Numbered from the stretch's first letter, positions 25,967-43,205 are shown. The stretch is DNA of 64,000 nt from Dictyostelium discoideum (GCA_000004695.1 CM000153.2:896001-960000), one strand, 5' to 3'. The notes: a model not told the origin generated them from the letters alone. Made by a program: numbers and translations.

Positions 25967-28542
25967 TTAAAATGCTTTAAATTTAAGAGTAAATTTATCA
26001 GTTGAATCGATATGAGGAGCTTGTGGGAATGATACACGAACATAATAAGTTTTTGTATTATCAATTGAATTTTGAAGATCACAGATTGATTCTTGTTTAC
26101 CAGATGCGATAACAGATGAAACACAATCATAACCATATGGATCAGTTGTTTTTGTTACAGTTTCATAAACTGATGTATTAACTTCAGTGCAACTTGAGAA
26201 TGAATGTAAACCAACTCTAAATACATATAATGTATCGACTGTATTACTTTCAGTTTGAATTTTATATAAAACTGTACCAGATTCTGGAATTCTCTCTGTT
26301 ATTGATGAACCAGGTTTAATAGTTTTAACCTTCTTTTCAACATTATCAGTGGAATATTTAATTTCTAATTTACCAGTTCTACCAATTTGATCATTGAAAC
26401 TACAATGGAATAGTTGAATTAAATAATGACCTGGTGTAAGAGTTGCTGCAACTGCTGGACATTTATTCTTACAACAACCTTCATCAAGACCAATGATATC
26501 AGTTGAAGTTGATGGACCAATTAATTGAATTAACGCATCGATACCTTTAACTTTGAAGCTTAAATTGCAAAGTTCTTTAACGTATACAAAGAAGAATTCT
26601 TTAGTACCTTTAATTTTAGCAACAACATCTTTTTCTTGAATTGTTGGATCAGTTTCTTTAAGACCGAAACTAATGATACCTTGATAACCAGTTTGTAAAA
26701 GTTGTGGATCACTATCTTTAATTGCAATTGTATAGTATGAATTAATATCGGCATTACCATTACTTGAAACAACAACATAATAGGTACCTCTCTTTGCTTC
26801 AAATGAAACCTTATCAATTGTATCACCTTTGGTATGTTTAACTGGTGGTTTATTTAATTGAGAACCAGTAAAACCTTTAGTTTGGAAATCCCATTCATTA
26901 ATATCATTTTCATTATATTGAGTATGAATTGAAATATCATTGATTTTAGCATTACCATTTGAATTGAATACAAAGTAATAATTTTGAGCTTTAATTGAAC
27001 CAATGGTAAATTTGAAAACTTGTTTACTTTGACCATTTGGGAATGCTTTAACTGGTTTAGCATTGAATGCAATTGTTGAACTTGTATCATATTGATAACC
27101 AAGTGATCTAAAATCAATAACATCCTTTGATTCATAGTAAGAGTAACTAATTGGTAAACTTTCTTGTAACCATGGTACAGTGAATGAAAGTGAATTATCC
27201 CATGGCCAAAGTGGATCATCTAAATTATGACCCCATGGATAAGAGTATGGTTCGGCGGTTTTATCATTAACGACTTGGAATGAATCACGACCTTTCTTTG
27301 GGAAATACATATCTCCAAAGTGGCCTTGATCTTGCCAATCTGCCCATAATCTATCGATATTACAATGATGTAACCAAAAGATTGGATCATTATTAGAACA
27401 TGCAACATTTGTCATTGTTGAAATACTTGAATAGATTTCTTGGGTTTTCCATACAACATTGGCTGGATCTTCACCTTGAACTTTACCTTGATCAACTTGT
27501 AATTGTTGTGGCATTTGAGCACCAGAACCATAACCATACCAATCATGAGTTGGATTATGAGCTTTTAAACCAGCTTCAACACCAATTCTAAAACCTCTAT
27601 TAGTATCATCGGCTGGTTTTACTCTTTTTGTTGATGGATCCATAATAACTGCACTTGGACTAAAAGTATTTGAACACATAAATTCTTTAAATTCACTTTG
27701 TGGTGTTGCTAAAAAGTCAAATGGTCCTAAATATCTAACAACAGTATTACCTAACGAATTTTCAGCTTTAGATGCTTTATGTAATTCTTCTCTAACATAA
27801 AATCCATTTTCACTTGTAAAAACTGAGTTAACCTGAAATTAATTTAAAAAAAAAAAAAAAAAAAAGTAAAAAAAAAAAAAAAAAAAAAATTAGTATAAAT
27901 ATTTAGATTTAAAAATAAATTTTTAAAAAAAGAAAATAAACATACTAATTTACCACCTAATCCATCAATACCACCATTACCACCCATAAATTCTTTAATA
28001 AAAATATTATTTGCTGAAGCATCTCTATCAGTCCAATCCCAATATGGTAAAGTAACAGATGGATCAATTGTTTGTAATGCTTTTTCAAATTTATTTAATA
28101 ACATTCTGTGCCATGATAAAAATGCTGGATTACCGTGACCTGGATCAACTTTTAATTTATTATTATTATAAACATCTAAATCTTTTTCATCATATTCAGA
28201 TTTTCTAGCAAGTGAAACAGCACCCATATGTAATATTACAAATTGATCATAGACAGAGTATTTACAATTATTTGGATATTTATTTTTTAAACCAACAATT
28301 GCAACAAGGAATTTATTTCTTTCTTCCTCACTTAAATGAGCAGCATTTTTTCTAACTCTTCTAAGATCATTATTTTGATGACCTAAAGTTAATGGTGGTG
28401 CAAAAGCTCCATCATAAGATACTGGAAGAGAGGCAGAGTCTGATGAAGATTCAGATCTTGCAGAGAGTGTAGGTGAAGTTGGCTCACTCTTTGTTTGTAT
28501 AAAAATTGGTGAATTTGTAATTGGGGTTGAACCTTCTGACAT
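25967..28542 (-). CDS. Tyrosinase-like protein, tandem copy B; exons 27946..28542 and 25967..27832 (820 aa)
   Basis: Exon 2 is more than 95% identical to copy A at the nucleotide level, including the 3' flank (the ORFs at 22265-22465 and 25948-26136 are identical). The intron is 113 nt. The N-terminal 60 aa diverge (SPTLSARSESSSDSASLPVSYDG versus NLPTNLAKSESSSDSSSLQD). Confidence 0.8.
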
Positions 28543-28609
28543 TTTTCAAATTTAAATAAATAATTAATAATAATGAAATTAAAAAAAAAAAAAATTAGTT
28601 TAAATAATG

Positions 28610-28642
<33 letters not shown>

Positions 28643-29418
28643 AATTTTATAATATCTTGTTTAAATAAGTGCGGCTATGCACAAAACACAACACAATATC
28701 GCCAACATACACAAAACACAACAAAATATAACCAACAGAAAATAAAATATTTTTAGATTCTTAGGAAAATGAAGACAGTTATAAAAACTATTGCCAATGA
28801 CAAGGTTAAAATATAGTTTATATTGGGAGTTTCCTAAAAAATTAGAAAAAAAGATATTAAAAACAAATCATAAATTATTTTAAAATATTCTGGACACCTC
28901 GAGATTTTTTTTTTAAAATTTATTTTCTTTATTTTTTTTTATTTTTTTTTTTTTTTTTTATTTTTTGATTGATTTGTTTGATGGGGGTTTTTTCTTTAAA
29001 AAAAAAAAAAAAAAAAAAACCGAGATTTTACTACCAGTTTTTAAATAAATCTAGATTTCTATATAATTGAAACGAATTTTATTTGTTTTAAATTTTTTTT
29101 TTTTTTATAAAGATATTTTATTTTACTATAACAAAATTTTTTTTTTTGTGCCCATTGCTCTAAATTTTTCCAATTACTTTTTTTTTTTTTTTTTTTTTAA
29201 AGAATACTTTTAATAAAAAAAAAACAAAATTCAAATAAAAAATAAAAATTAATGTTTTTTTTTTTTTAAAAAATAATATCTGGAATGTAAAAAAAAAAAA
29301 AAAAAAAAATAATAATAATAAATGTATTTAAAGTGATTTTATTATTATTTGATTGATAAATATTTCAAAAAATTAGTTTAAAAAATATTTATTATAAATT
29401 TATTTATTTTTTATTTTA

Positions 29419-30942
29419 TTATTGAATAATACAATTTTCATTTTCAGATTTATTTGGATTTTCATTTTTTGATTTTGGATTTAAATTTGGATTTAAAAAA
29501 TCAGTATTAGGATTTGAATCAGTTTCATTTAAATATGATAAATTTAATTTATTGAAATTATTATTATCAATTGTAAATTGTTTAACTTTAGAGTTTTTAA
29601 TTCTTGAATCAATCAAACCAATGAAATCAATGACTTGATCATCTAACCAAGATTTATTTGGCATTTCTAATAACATATCTTTTGGTAAATTTGAATAACC
29701 AATGATAGAACCTAACAAAGCACCAGCAACAGCACCATTAGTATCAGAATCACCACCCTCTCTAATTAATTCATTCATAACCTTTCTAAATAAATAAGAT
29801 GGTGATTTATCTTTAGTTTTCTTATCTTTATAATATTGTAAATATTTTCTAACTGTTAAAATTGAACTACCTAAACATTTATAAACATAACCAATTGAAG
29901 TTGAATCATCTAATTCTAAATCGACCCATTCTTTTGCTCTCATATAAGTATTAAACTGTTTTAAATAATCTTGTTTTAAATTATCATCAACCATTTTATT
30001 TGAATTGAAATGAAATTCTGCAATATTTTCATATAAACCATTTCGATCAATTTGTTTAATTAAATCTTCAATTATTTTAATATGATTATCATCTTCTTCC
30101 TCTTCTTCTTCTATTTCTTCTTCTTCTTCTTCTTCTACTTCTTGTTTATTATTAAATTTATTTTTAAATATTGTTGAAATTATATGAGTATATACAATAC
30201 AACTAATAATACATCTACTATCATAATGAGTTATTCTACAACAATCAATTGCATTCTCTAAAACTATTTTTTGATTTAAAAAATCCATTACAGATATAAT
30301 TGAAGTTCTCATTAATGAACCATTTGCAGCCATTGATTTATTTTGTGATAACCAAACATATTTACTAACTAGTGTTGGATTCTTTAAAAAATGATCATTA
30401 AAAACTACACTACCAACAGTTTGACCTAATCCCATACCACATTGATCTGATAATTCTGAAAATCCATGTTCAACCCAATTATTTAAAAGTTTTGCAAATT
30501 CTAAACAATTAATTCTATTATAATAATTTTCTTCTTTTTCTTTTTCTGATGATGATTCTGATGATGATGATGATGATTCTGATGACGATTCTTTTTTATT
30601 TTTATTAATATTTAAAAATGATTGCATAATTAATATCATTTGATCAGTATCATCAGTCCAATCACCTTTATCCCAACGTGAATTATGTTTATTGGTAATA
30701 TAATCTGGGAAATCAATGAATTCATCTTTATTTGGATATAAAATTTTAATTTTTTCTTTATTTAAAAATTCTGTTGATAATCCATATGCATCACCTAAAC
30801 AATTTCCATAAATCATACCTAAAATATTATTTATATATGGTCTTTTTTTAATTTCTTTATTATTATTATTATCTATTAAACCTTTAATTTCATAATTTGG
30901 TTTTTCAATTTTTTTTATATTATCTTTATTTTGAAATGACAT
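29419..30942 (-). CDS. ADP-ribosylglycohydrolase family protein, 507 aa, intronless
   Basis: GMIYGNCLGDAYGLSTEF, WTDDTDQMILI, GGDSDTNGAVAGALLGSIIGYSNLP. An acidic poly-Glu insertion and a Ser-rich loop are present. Confidence 0.75.
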   Translation of the reverse strand: MSFQNKDNIKKIEKPNYEIKGLIDNNNNKEIKKRPYINNILGMIYGNCLGDAYGLSTEFLNKEKIKILYPNKDEFIDFPDYITNKHNSRWDKGDWTDDTDQMILIMQSFLNINKNKKESSSESSSSSSESSSEKEKEENYYNRINCLEFAKLLNNWVEHGFSELSDQCGMGLGQTVGSVVFNDHFLKNPTLVSKYVWLSQNKSMAANGSLMRTSIISVMDFLNQKIVLENAIDCCRITHYDSRCIISCIVYTHIISTIFKNKFNNKQEVEEEEEEEIEEEEEEDDNHIKIIEDLIKQIDRNGLYENIAEFHFNSNKMVDDNLKQDYLKQFNTYMRAKEWVDLELDDSTSIGYVYKCLGSSILTVRKYLQYYKDKKTKDKSPSYLFRKVMNELIREGGDSDTNGAVAGALLGSIIGYSNLPKDMLLEMPNKSWLDDQVIDFIGLIDSRIKNSKVKQFTIDNNNFNKLNLSYLNETDSNPNTDFLNPNLNPKSKNENPNKSENENCIIQ

Positions 30943-31166
30943 TTTATTTTTTTTTTTTTTTTTTTTTAAAAAATAATATTATGTGTATGAGAGAGTAAAG
31001 AAAGTAAATAAAAAAAAAAAAATAAAAAATAAAAAAAAAAATGAAATAATTTTAAAATTATTAAAAAAAAAAAAAAAAAAAAAAGAGTAAAAATATTAGA
31101 AAATTCAAAGAAAATTTTAACACAAAATAAAATTCTTGTAATTTTTAGTCTAATCTATTTTTATTA

Positions 31167-31197
<31 letters not shown>

Positions 31198-31208
31198 TTT
31201 TTACAATT

Positions 31209-31257
<49 letters not shown>

Positions 31258-31332
31258 ATTTGATTTCTTTTTTTTTTTTTTTTTTTTTATTTTTATTTTT
31301 ATTTTTTTTTTTTTTGATTATTTTAAAATAAT

Positions 31333-31634
31333 TTATTGTAATAATCTTTTATTTTCATCATTTGAAGGTGTGAAACGTGCAATTTTATTTGTGTATGAAT
31401 AAATCCAAAAATTCCAAAATCCTTGTGATGGTGTTAAAATATTTTGTAATATTAAAAGTGGGAAGAAAGTACATTTTGAAAAGAATGATATGAAATGTTG
31501 AATTACATCTGGTAACCAACAAATTACAAATACAACAATATAAAGTGTTAAACGTCTAGATATAGTTGAATCTAATTGTTTTAAACGATCTAAAAATATT
31601 ATATAAAAAAAAAAAAAATATTAATTACTTATAT

Positions 31635-31698
<64 letters not shown>

Positions 31699-32611
31699 AT
31701 TTACCATTAATTTGTAATCTATATTCAAATTTACTTCTAAATAATCTTCTTAATCTAAAATAATAAATTGAACAAACTAATAAACATAAAAATAATGGAA
31801 GGAACCATAATGATAATTCCATTGGTTTTGCAACCTCACACCATCCATCAGAATTTACAACTATTGAATTTGTCATTGTTATAACCATTGAAATTGCAAA
31901 TGGTATACCCCATGATACAACATTAAAAATTGCTAATAAATATTTCCTATTAATAAAATAAAAGTTTGTTATTAATATAATAATATATATATATAATAAT
32001 ATATATATATATTTATATATTTACTCTTCACCTGGTGATGATAATTGATGGAATAAATAATAAGAGATACAAGTTGTCCAAAAAAAAGTTGATAAGAAAA
32101 AGAATTGAATTATGGCACGTAAGATTATACAAGGTGAGAAATGAATTTTTAAATCTGGTGAATAGGGTGTACTATATGATTTTGAATTATTGATTAAATA
32201 AGATTGAGAAATGATAATGAAAAATGATGTAAAGAAATCTGCAATTGATAACATGAATATGAGTAAAGGTAATTTCGATGTTGGCTGTTTATAAGTACCA
32301 TGTGGTCCACCAATGGCACCAATACCAGTACCATTGCCAGAACCACCACCACCACCTATACCACCATAGTGGGAACTACCATTGCCAATTGTAATTGATG
32401 ATGATAATAATCCACCTTTTTCAATCTGTTGCTGTTGTTGTTGAATTTGTTGTTTTTGAATCCTATGTCTTCTAACTTTTTTCCAAATATATGATATTAT
32501 AGTTAATGCACTACCCATTAACGATAATGATGATGTTACAATATTTAAAATGTCAACTGACAAAAATTCACGATCTGATGGATTGCAAATTTGACTTTCT
32601 TCAATCCCCAT
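31333..32611 (-). CDS. cAMP-receptor-like (cAR/crl family) G-protein-coupled receptor, about 354 aa; exons 32032..32611, 31705..31932, 31333..31589
   Basis: IVVFVICWLPDVI and SQGFWNFWIYSY parallel the cAR1 motifs IVFLVCWVFAVV and SHGFWASVTFIY. VVSWGIPFAISMV parallels LCWGLPLIS. Splice sites are CAG|GTGAAG...TATTAG and AATG|GTAAAT...TTTTAG, with consistent phases. The first intracellular loop is unusually long and rich in Gln/Gly. Confidence 0.65.
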
Positions 32612-32771
32612 TTTTTTTTTTTTTTATTATTTTTTTTTTATTTTATTATTTTTATCTCTCCTTCCCTATTTCTCTATGTAATTTTATATTTTTTTTAATG
32701 AGTTATGTTTTTTGAAAAAAGTAAAAAATAAAAAATAAAAAATAAAAAGAGAAGATTGGTGGAGGTTGGTT

Positions 32772-32807
<36 letters not shown>

Positions 32808-32969
32808 CAGATTTTTTAAAGTGTAATGGATTTTATTTTATTTTATTTATCTTATTTTATTTTATTTATTTTATTTTTGTAGTTTATGTATGTAGGTATA
32901 TAATGCGTTGGATTTTTAATTCAACTTTTTCTGATTCTATTTTTTTTTTTTTTTTTTTTTTTAAAATTT

Positions 32970-33009
<40 letters not shown>

Positions 33010-33555
33010 ATTCCCAGTGTAATTGAAAATATCTTTTTAAAGTGTAATGGAAAAAAAAATGAAAAAAATAAAATAAAATAAAAAAATAAAATAAAATAAA
33101 AAAAATAAAATTTTTTTTTTTTTTTTTTTCGAAACTGATCAAATCAGTGGGTTTTGAATTGTAAATTTATCTCCTATGAGGCTATTGGAGAGAATGGGGG
33201 GTGGTAGAGTGAGTGAACTTTCTTTAATTACCCATTATGGGAAATAAAAAAAAATAAAATAAAATTTATTAATAATAAATTAAAACAGTACAAAATATAA
33301 TTTTATTTATTTTTTTTAAAAAAAGTATTTTTATTTTTATTTTTTTTTTAATTTCAACAACTTTTTTTTTTTGAGTTATCCAATTTGACACAATTTTTTT
33401 TTATATCATTATTTTTTTTATTTTTTTTTTATTTTTTTTTTTTTATTTTTAATTATTCTTTTTAATATTTTTCATTTGTTAAAATCATAGTAAAAAAAAA
33501 AAAAAAAAAAAAAAAAATTTAAAAATAGTCAACTGGTGGAACAGAAAAATAAATA

Positions 33556-38081
<4,526 letters not shown>

Positions 38082-38311
38082 ATAAATTAATAATAATAAT
38101 AATAATTTATAAATTTTTTTTTTTTTTTTAAAAATAAAATTTAAGAAAATAAAGAAATAAAAAAATAAATAAAAAATAAATAAAAAAAAAAATATATATA
38201 TATTGTCAAAACCATTAAAAAAACAATTACAAAAAAATGAATAATAAATAATTAAATTCTAAAAAAAAAAAAATCATTTTTGGGTTTTTATTTTATTAAA
38301 ATAAGTCGAAA

Positions 38312-38369
<58 letters not shown>

Positions 38370-38847
38370 AAAAAAAAAAAAAATTGGATTCATATGTTTT
38401 TAGTTTTCAAATAATATTTATTTTTTATTTTTTTTTTTGTTTTTTTAAAAAAAAAAAGATTTTTTTATTTTTTTTTTTTTAATTATTTTTTTTTTTTATT
38501 TTTTTTTTGGGTTCAATATTTTATTTTAAAAAAAAAGTTTTAATTTTTTTTAATTTTTTTTAATTTTTTTTAATTTTTTTTTTTAGTTAGTTTGAAATAC
38601 CAGTTTCGATTGAACTTTTCCTTTTTTTTTTTTTTTTTTTCCCTTACTTTTTTTTTTTTTTTTATAAATTTCATACACTAAAAAAAAATAAAAAAAAAAA
38701 ATCCAGATTAAATGTGTTTAATTAATCAAAAAACAAAAAAAAAATAAAAAAACAAAAAAAATAAAAAAACAAAAAAAAAAAACAAAAAAAATAAAAAAAA
38801 AAAAAATAAAATAAAAAAATCAGAAAGTTCAAAATTTTTATAGATAA

Positions 38848-41361
38848 ATGTCTGAAATTCAATTTTTAAGATCATTATTTTTAAAATTAATTTTAATAAT
38901 AATAATAATAATAACAATAATAATAATTGATAACAATAATAATAAAATAAAATTTGTAAATAGTGCAATTATAAAATGGAATAATGAAACACTTGATATG
39001 GATTTTTTAGATCCATTAGGATGGGAGAATAATATTGTACCAAGTAATGAAGATGATGCAATAATTGATATTAATAATATATTGGTTGTTGGTTTAGAGA
39101 ATGAAATTCATATAAATTCATTACTACTTGAATCAAATTCAAGGATGGCATCAATTCAACTATTTACAACCAAAGATAATATAACCATTGGTATGAACTC
39201 ATTATTGTTATCAAAATATACAAAAGCAAGATTAATTTCAAATTATGGTAAATTCAATGGTCATTATCCAATTTCATCAATACAAGATACAATTGTCAAT
39301 AGTTTTGGTAATGCACAAGTTAATTTCATAAATTCCACTGAAATGATCGCAATAATTGAATCACCTTCAAACTTTTATCAAACTTCTCAAATTAACATTG
39401 AAAATTCAAATGCTTACTTTTATAATACATCAAGTATTAATTTATTCGATCAATCTAAAATCAATTATTTTTCATCATCAATTAGACATATCTCTTTTTC
39501 ACATATAAATTTATATAATAATTCACAATTTTCAATAAATAATTCAACTTTATTAATTTCAAATGGTAATCAATTTAATTTTAATGATAATTCAATTTTT
39601 ATTTCAATAAATAGTGATATTATAATTCAAAGTAATAATAGTATTTTTAAAACTTTTTCTACAACTTCAACTTCAAATTCTTCAAATTCAACAACTATTA
39701 AATTTAATAAAACAAATTTTTATTCAACAGATGGTGGTGAAATTTTAATTTTAAATAGAAATTTATTATTTTTAAATTCATTTTTAATTTCAAATGGTAA
39801 TAATTCAAAAACTACAATTAATGATGGAGAATTTAATATTATTAATCAATCAATAATTTATTCAAATGATGGTGGTGAAATTAATTTTAGTAATAATTTA
39901 AATTCAATTAAAGATACAATAATGATAACTCAAGATGGTGGTAAAATCAATTTATATAAAACTATAGTTACAAAAAATGTTTCAATTGAAATAACCGAAT
40001 TTCAAAGTAATTTAAATTTAAAACCATTCTCAACAATGAATTTAAATGGTGGTTCAAAAATTAAAATTTCAAATGGTGCAAATTTTTTAATCTCTGAAAA
40101 TAGTTTTTTAAATTTAACAAATAGTGAAATCTTAATCGATATAAATGGTAGCCTATTTCAAAATGGTCCAATTTTTTTAAATTCAAATAATAAATTTGAA
40201 AATAGATTTAAATTTTATTTATCTTCAAATATTTTAACAACAAATTTACCAACTTCTTCAACTTCAACACCATCAATAATACCAACAACTACAACTACAA
40301 CATCAACATCAACAACAACATCAACATCAACAACAGAATTAAAATCAATAAAATCAATAAATAATAATTTAATTAATAATAATGGTTCAATTATTATTAA
40401 ATCAAATAAAATAATTTTAATTAATATACCAATTATTAATAATGGTACAATTATTGTTAAATCAAATTGTTTCTTTTCAAATTATCATCAAAATAGTAAT
40501 AATTCAGAATTAATAATTAAAAATGATTCAATTATTGATAGTAATGAAAATATTCATTTAAAAGCTGGTAAAATCTATGGTACTGGTAGAATTAATACTT
40601 CGGTAATTCATGATTATGGTGAATTGGGTTCAAGAAATGTAACTGGTCTTTTAAATATAACTGGTGATTATACATTATCTGCCAATGGCTTGGTAGTGGT
40701 TGTTATAAATTCGTTGACTGATTTCACTCAAATTCGAATCAATGAAACTGCAATTCTAAAAGGTGATATTGAAATTATCGTTTCAAATAAAATTTCAACT
40801 ACAAAGTTAATTCAATTAGATGTTGTCAATTATCATGATTTGGATAGATATAGTATCACTTTTAGAAAGGTTAGATTTAAAACTTTTGATCCTGATACTG
40901 GTTTAGAAATGAATGGTCATGATTGTGCTAGATCAATCTCTACCGATAGATCTTTCTCTGTGGTACTCATTGATTGTCAATCTCCAATTTCAACTGGTGT
41001 TATCATTGGTATCGTTTGTGGTATTGTCTTGATTGTAATTGTTGTTGCTTCTTCTTATCATTTTAAAAAATCTTTATCAAATCGTATAAATAATTCTTCA
41101 ATTCTTATAAAATTAAAAAAATCAAAAACTAAAAATAATAATCAAGAAAATGATCAAGAAAAAGAAAATGAAAATGAATATCAAAATGAAAATCAAAATG
41201 AAAATGAAAATGAAAATCAAAATGAACTTGAAAATGAAAATGAAAATGGAAATGAAATTGAATTTGAAAATGAAATTGAAAATGTTAATGAAATTGAAAA
41301 TGTTAATCAAATTGAAATAACACAAAATAATAATGATAATGAATTTAATGTAAATAACTAA
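38848..41361 (+). CDS. Putative type I membrane / cell-surface protein with beta-helix-like Asn/Ser/Ile-rich repeats, one C-terminal TM segment and an acidic (NENENQ) tail, 837 aa
   Basis: ATG at 38848. The N-terminus is a hydrophobic signal/anchor ([18 protein letters not shown]). Repeated I-x-N/S motifs and many N-x-S/T sequons follow. The TM segment is GVIIGIVCGIVLIVIVVASSY, followed by KKS and (ENENEN)n. No recognisable catalytic motif was found. Confidence 0.5.
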   Translation: MSEIQFLRSLFLKLILIIIIIITIIIIDNNNNKIKFVNSAIIKWNNETLDMDFLDPLGWENNIVPSNEDDAIIDINNILVVGLENEIHINSLLLESNSRMASIQLFTTKDNITIGMNSLLLSKYTKARLISNYGKFNGHYPISSIQDTIVNSFGNAQVNFINSTEMIAIIESPSNFYQTSQINIENSNAYFYNTSSINLFDQSKINYFSSSIRHISFSHINLYNNSQFSINNSTLLISNGNQFNFNDNSIFISINSDIIIQSNNSIFKTFSTTSTSNSSNSTTIKFNKTNFYSTDGGEILILNRNLLFLNSFLISNGNNSKTTINDGEFNIINQSIIYSNDGGEINFSNNLNSIKDTIMITQDGGKINLYKTIVTKNVSIEITEFQSNLNLKPFSTMNLNGGSKIKISNGANFLISENSFLNLTNSEILIDINGSLFQNGPIFLNSNNKFENRFKFYLSSNILTTNLPTSSTSTPSIIPTTTTTTSTSTTTSTSTTELKSIKSINNNLINNNGSIIIKSNKIILINIPIINNGTIIVKSNCFFSNYHQNSNNSELIIKNDSIIDSNENIHLKAGKIYGTGRINTSVIHDYGELGSRNVTGLLNITGDYTLSANGLVVVVINSLTDFTQIRINETAILKGDIEIIVSNKISTTKLIQLDVVNYHDLDRYSITFRKVRFKTFDPDTGLEMNGHDCARSISTDRSFSVVLIDCQSPISTGVIIGIVCGIVLIVIVVASSYHFKKSLSNRINNSSILIKLKKSKTKNNNQENDQEKENENEYQNENQNENENENQNELENENENGNEIEFENEIENVNEIENVNQIEITQNNNDNEFNVNN

Positions 41362-41645
41362 AGAAAACTATTAGAATTAAATTGATATTTTTTAATTCAC
41401 TTTATGCATGCTACTTGTGTTTAGTATTGCATTATATATTAAATATATAAATATATATATAAACCGATTTTTAATTAAAAGGGATTGAAGATTTAAAAAA
41501 AGAGTTTTTTTGTTAAAAGTCTTTCAAATTAAATAAAAAATCCATAATAAAGCAATAATTTATTTAAATAAAACTAATACTACACATCATCCTTTTTTAA
41601 AAACTTTTTATATTATTCTTTTTTAAAAAAAAACAAGAAAACAAC

Positions 41646-41678
<33 letters not shown>

Positions 41679-41910
41679 TAAAGATAAAGATAATTGGAAA
41701 GTTTAAAATAAAAGATACACAATCATTCAAGTTTGCACTTTTCAAAATTTGAATTTATTTAGTTAATTTTATTTTAGTTATTAGTTATTATATTTTTTCA
41801 GTAAAAGCTTCATTAGATAATTATTTTTACTTTTTTCAAAAATAATTAAAGTAGAAATTTAAAAAATAAAATTAATAATTAAACAAAAAATAATATTTTT
41901 ATTATTGGAA

Positions 41911-42345
41911 GACCCGGAAGGGCAGGAAAAAAAGTAAGGTCAAAATTCAACATCTCGCCAATTTAAGGCTCATTTAGTATTGTATTAAAAAAACAAAACT
42001 AACTTTTATACTATCCATTCTTATTTTATATTTAATTTATAGGGTTTAGCAATTTCCTTCTTCAATGAAAAGAATAAACCAGTAGGTGTTTAACTTTTGA
42101 AATTAATGAAAGCATCAAATCAAGATATTCCAGATTGGTTTGAAAAGATGGTACATAACCTTCGTATGTCTAATGGTCCATCAAATTCAAAATCAAAAAG
42201 TCTATTCAACAATAGTCATCACAATGGAGATGATAACCGTGGTGGTTATGGTGGATTTTTATTTGAGGGCCAACAAGGTCCCTAAAATGATGGATTTTAA
42301 TCTAAAAAGCACTTAATTTTTTTCTTAGTCTTCCTTTCCTAATAT
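41911..42345 (+). pseudogene. Inverted partial duplicate of the ddx3 3' end (penultimate-exon end + intron + truncated last exon), terminated by an inverted copy of the exon/intron junction
   Basis: 41911-41941 GGAAGACCCGGAAGGGCAGGAAAAAAAGTAAG matches ..GRTGRAGKK|GTAAG of the real gene. 42063-42275 encodes [49 protein letters not shown]..., with an in-frame stop. 42285-42345 is the reverse complement of 43130-43190 and matches the real junction at 43745-43805 in the same orientation. Confidence 0.7.
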
Positions 42346-43092
42346 TTTTTTTTTTTTTATAAAGATAAAAAATAAAAAGGGTGAGATTTACAAAAAAAAA
42401 AAAATACCAGATTTTGTCATCTTTTTTTTCTTTTTTTTTTTTTTTTTTTTTTTTTCAAAATTTTGTCACATTTTTTTTCATAATTATAATTTCACACTTT
42501 TTTTCAATCTCTTTTTTTATATCTTTTTTTTTGTATTAAATACATCAATATTACCGCCACACCAATGAAAACTCCAACATTCTCTTCATCTTTTAATTTA
42601 TCCTTATAACAATTTTTTTTTATTTATTTTTCTTAGTGTTTTATCTTTTTTTATTTTTTATTATTTTTTATAATATTTAAATCAAATAAATTATTTAATC
42701 TTTTTTTGAATTAATTTAAAAAAAAAAAAACAACCCACATCCAAAATTTGAAATTAAAAAAAAATAAACCAATTCAACCAAATCAATTTTTTTTTTTCAA
42801 TATCCTTTTTAATTGAAATTTATTATTCATAATTAATTATGAAAAAAAAAGGACTTGAAATTTTTTACATTGATCTTGATTTTTCAACCGAAATTTTTGG
42901 ACTTCTGCTTTCTTTGTATTTTAAAAATTCTTATACTTTTTCACTAATCCTTTCTCCAATTTTTTGATATCTATGGAAGGTATTATTTGATTTTTCATTA
43001 AAATTTGGTAAGAAAATGATTGATACTGATTGAAAACGTAATTGTAAGTAGATTAAATGTGAATGTTGATCTTTGAGCTTCCTAATTTTTGT

Positions 43093-43124
<32 letters not shown>

Positions 43125-43127
<3 letters not shown>

Positions 43128-43205
43128 GGAAGAGCAGGAAAAAAATTAAGTGCTTTTTAGATAAAATTCCATCATTTTAGGGCCTAGTTAGCCCTCTAAT
43201 AAAAA
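43125..43205 (+). repeat. Inverted copy of the ddx3 exon/intron junction (GRAGKK + intron start), lying immediately beyond the ddx3 3' UTR
   Basis: GGAAGAGCAGGAAAAAAATTAAGTGCTTTTTAGATAAAATTCCATCATTTTAGGGCCTAGTTAGCCCTCT is the reverse complement of 43735-43805. Confidence 0.7.

Noticed and set aside
28542-28560. Extension of tyrosinase copy B exon 1 into ..LVCLFSFFKNLFLNL.. (ORF track 27844-28542)
   Set aside because: This is read-through into the intron. The GTATGT donor at 27945 and the conserved exon 2 make the spliced model far better.
42400-43100. Spacer between the two ddx3 palindrome arms, examined for a gene
   Set aside because: No ORF longer than 40 codons, no splice-consistent exons and no homology were recognised. 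It is treated as non-coding spacer.
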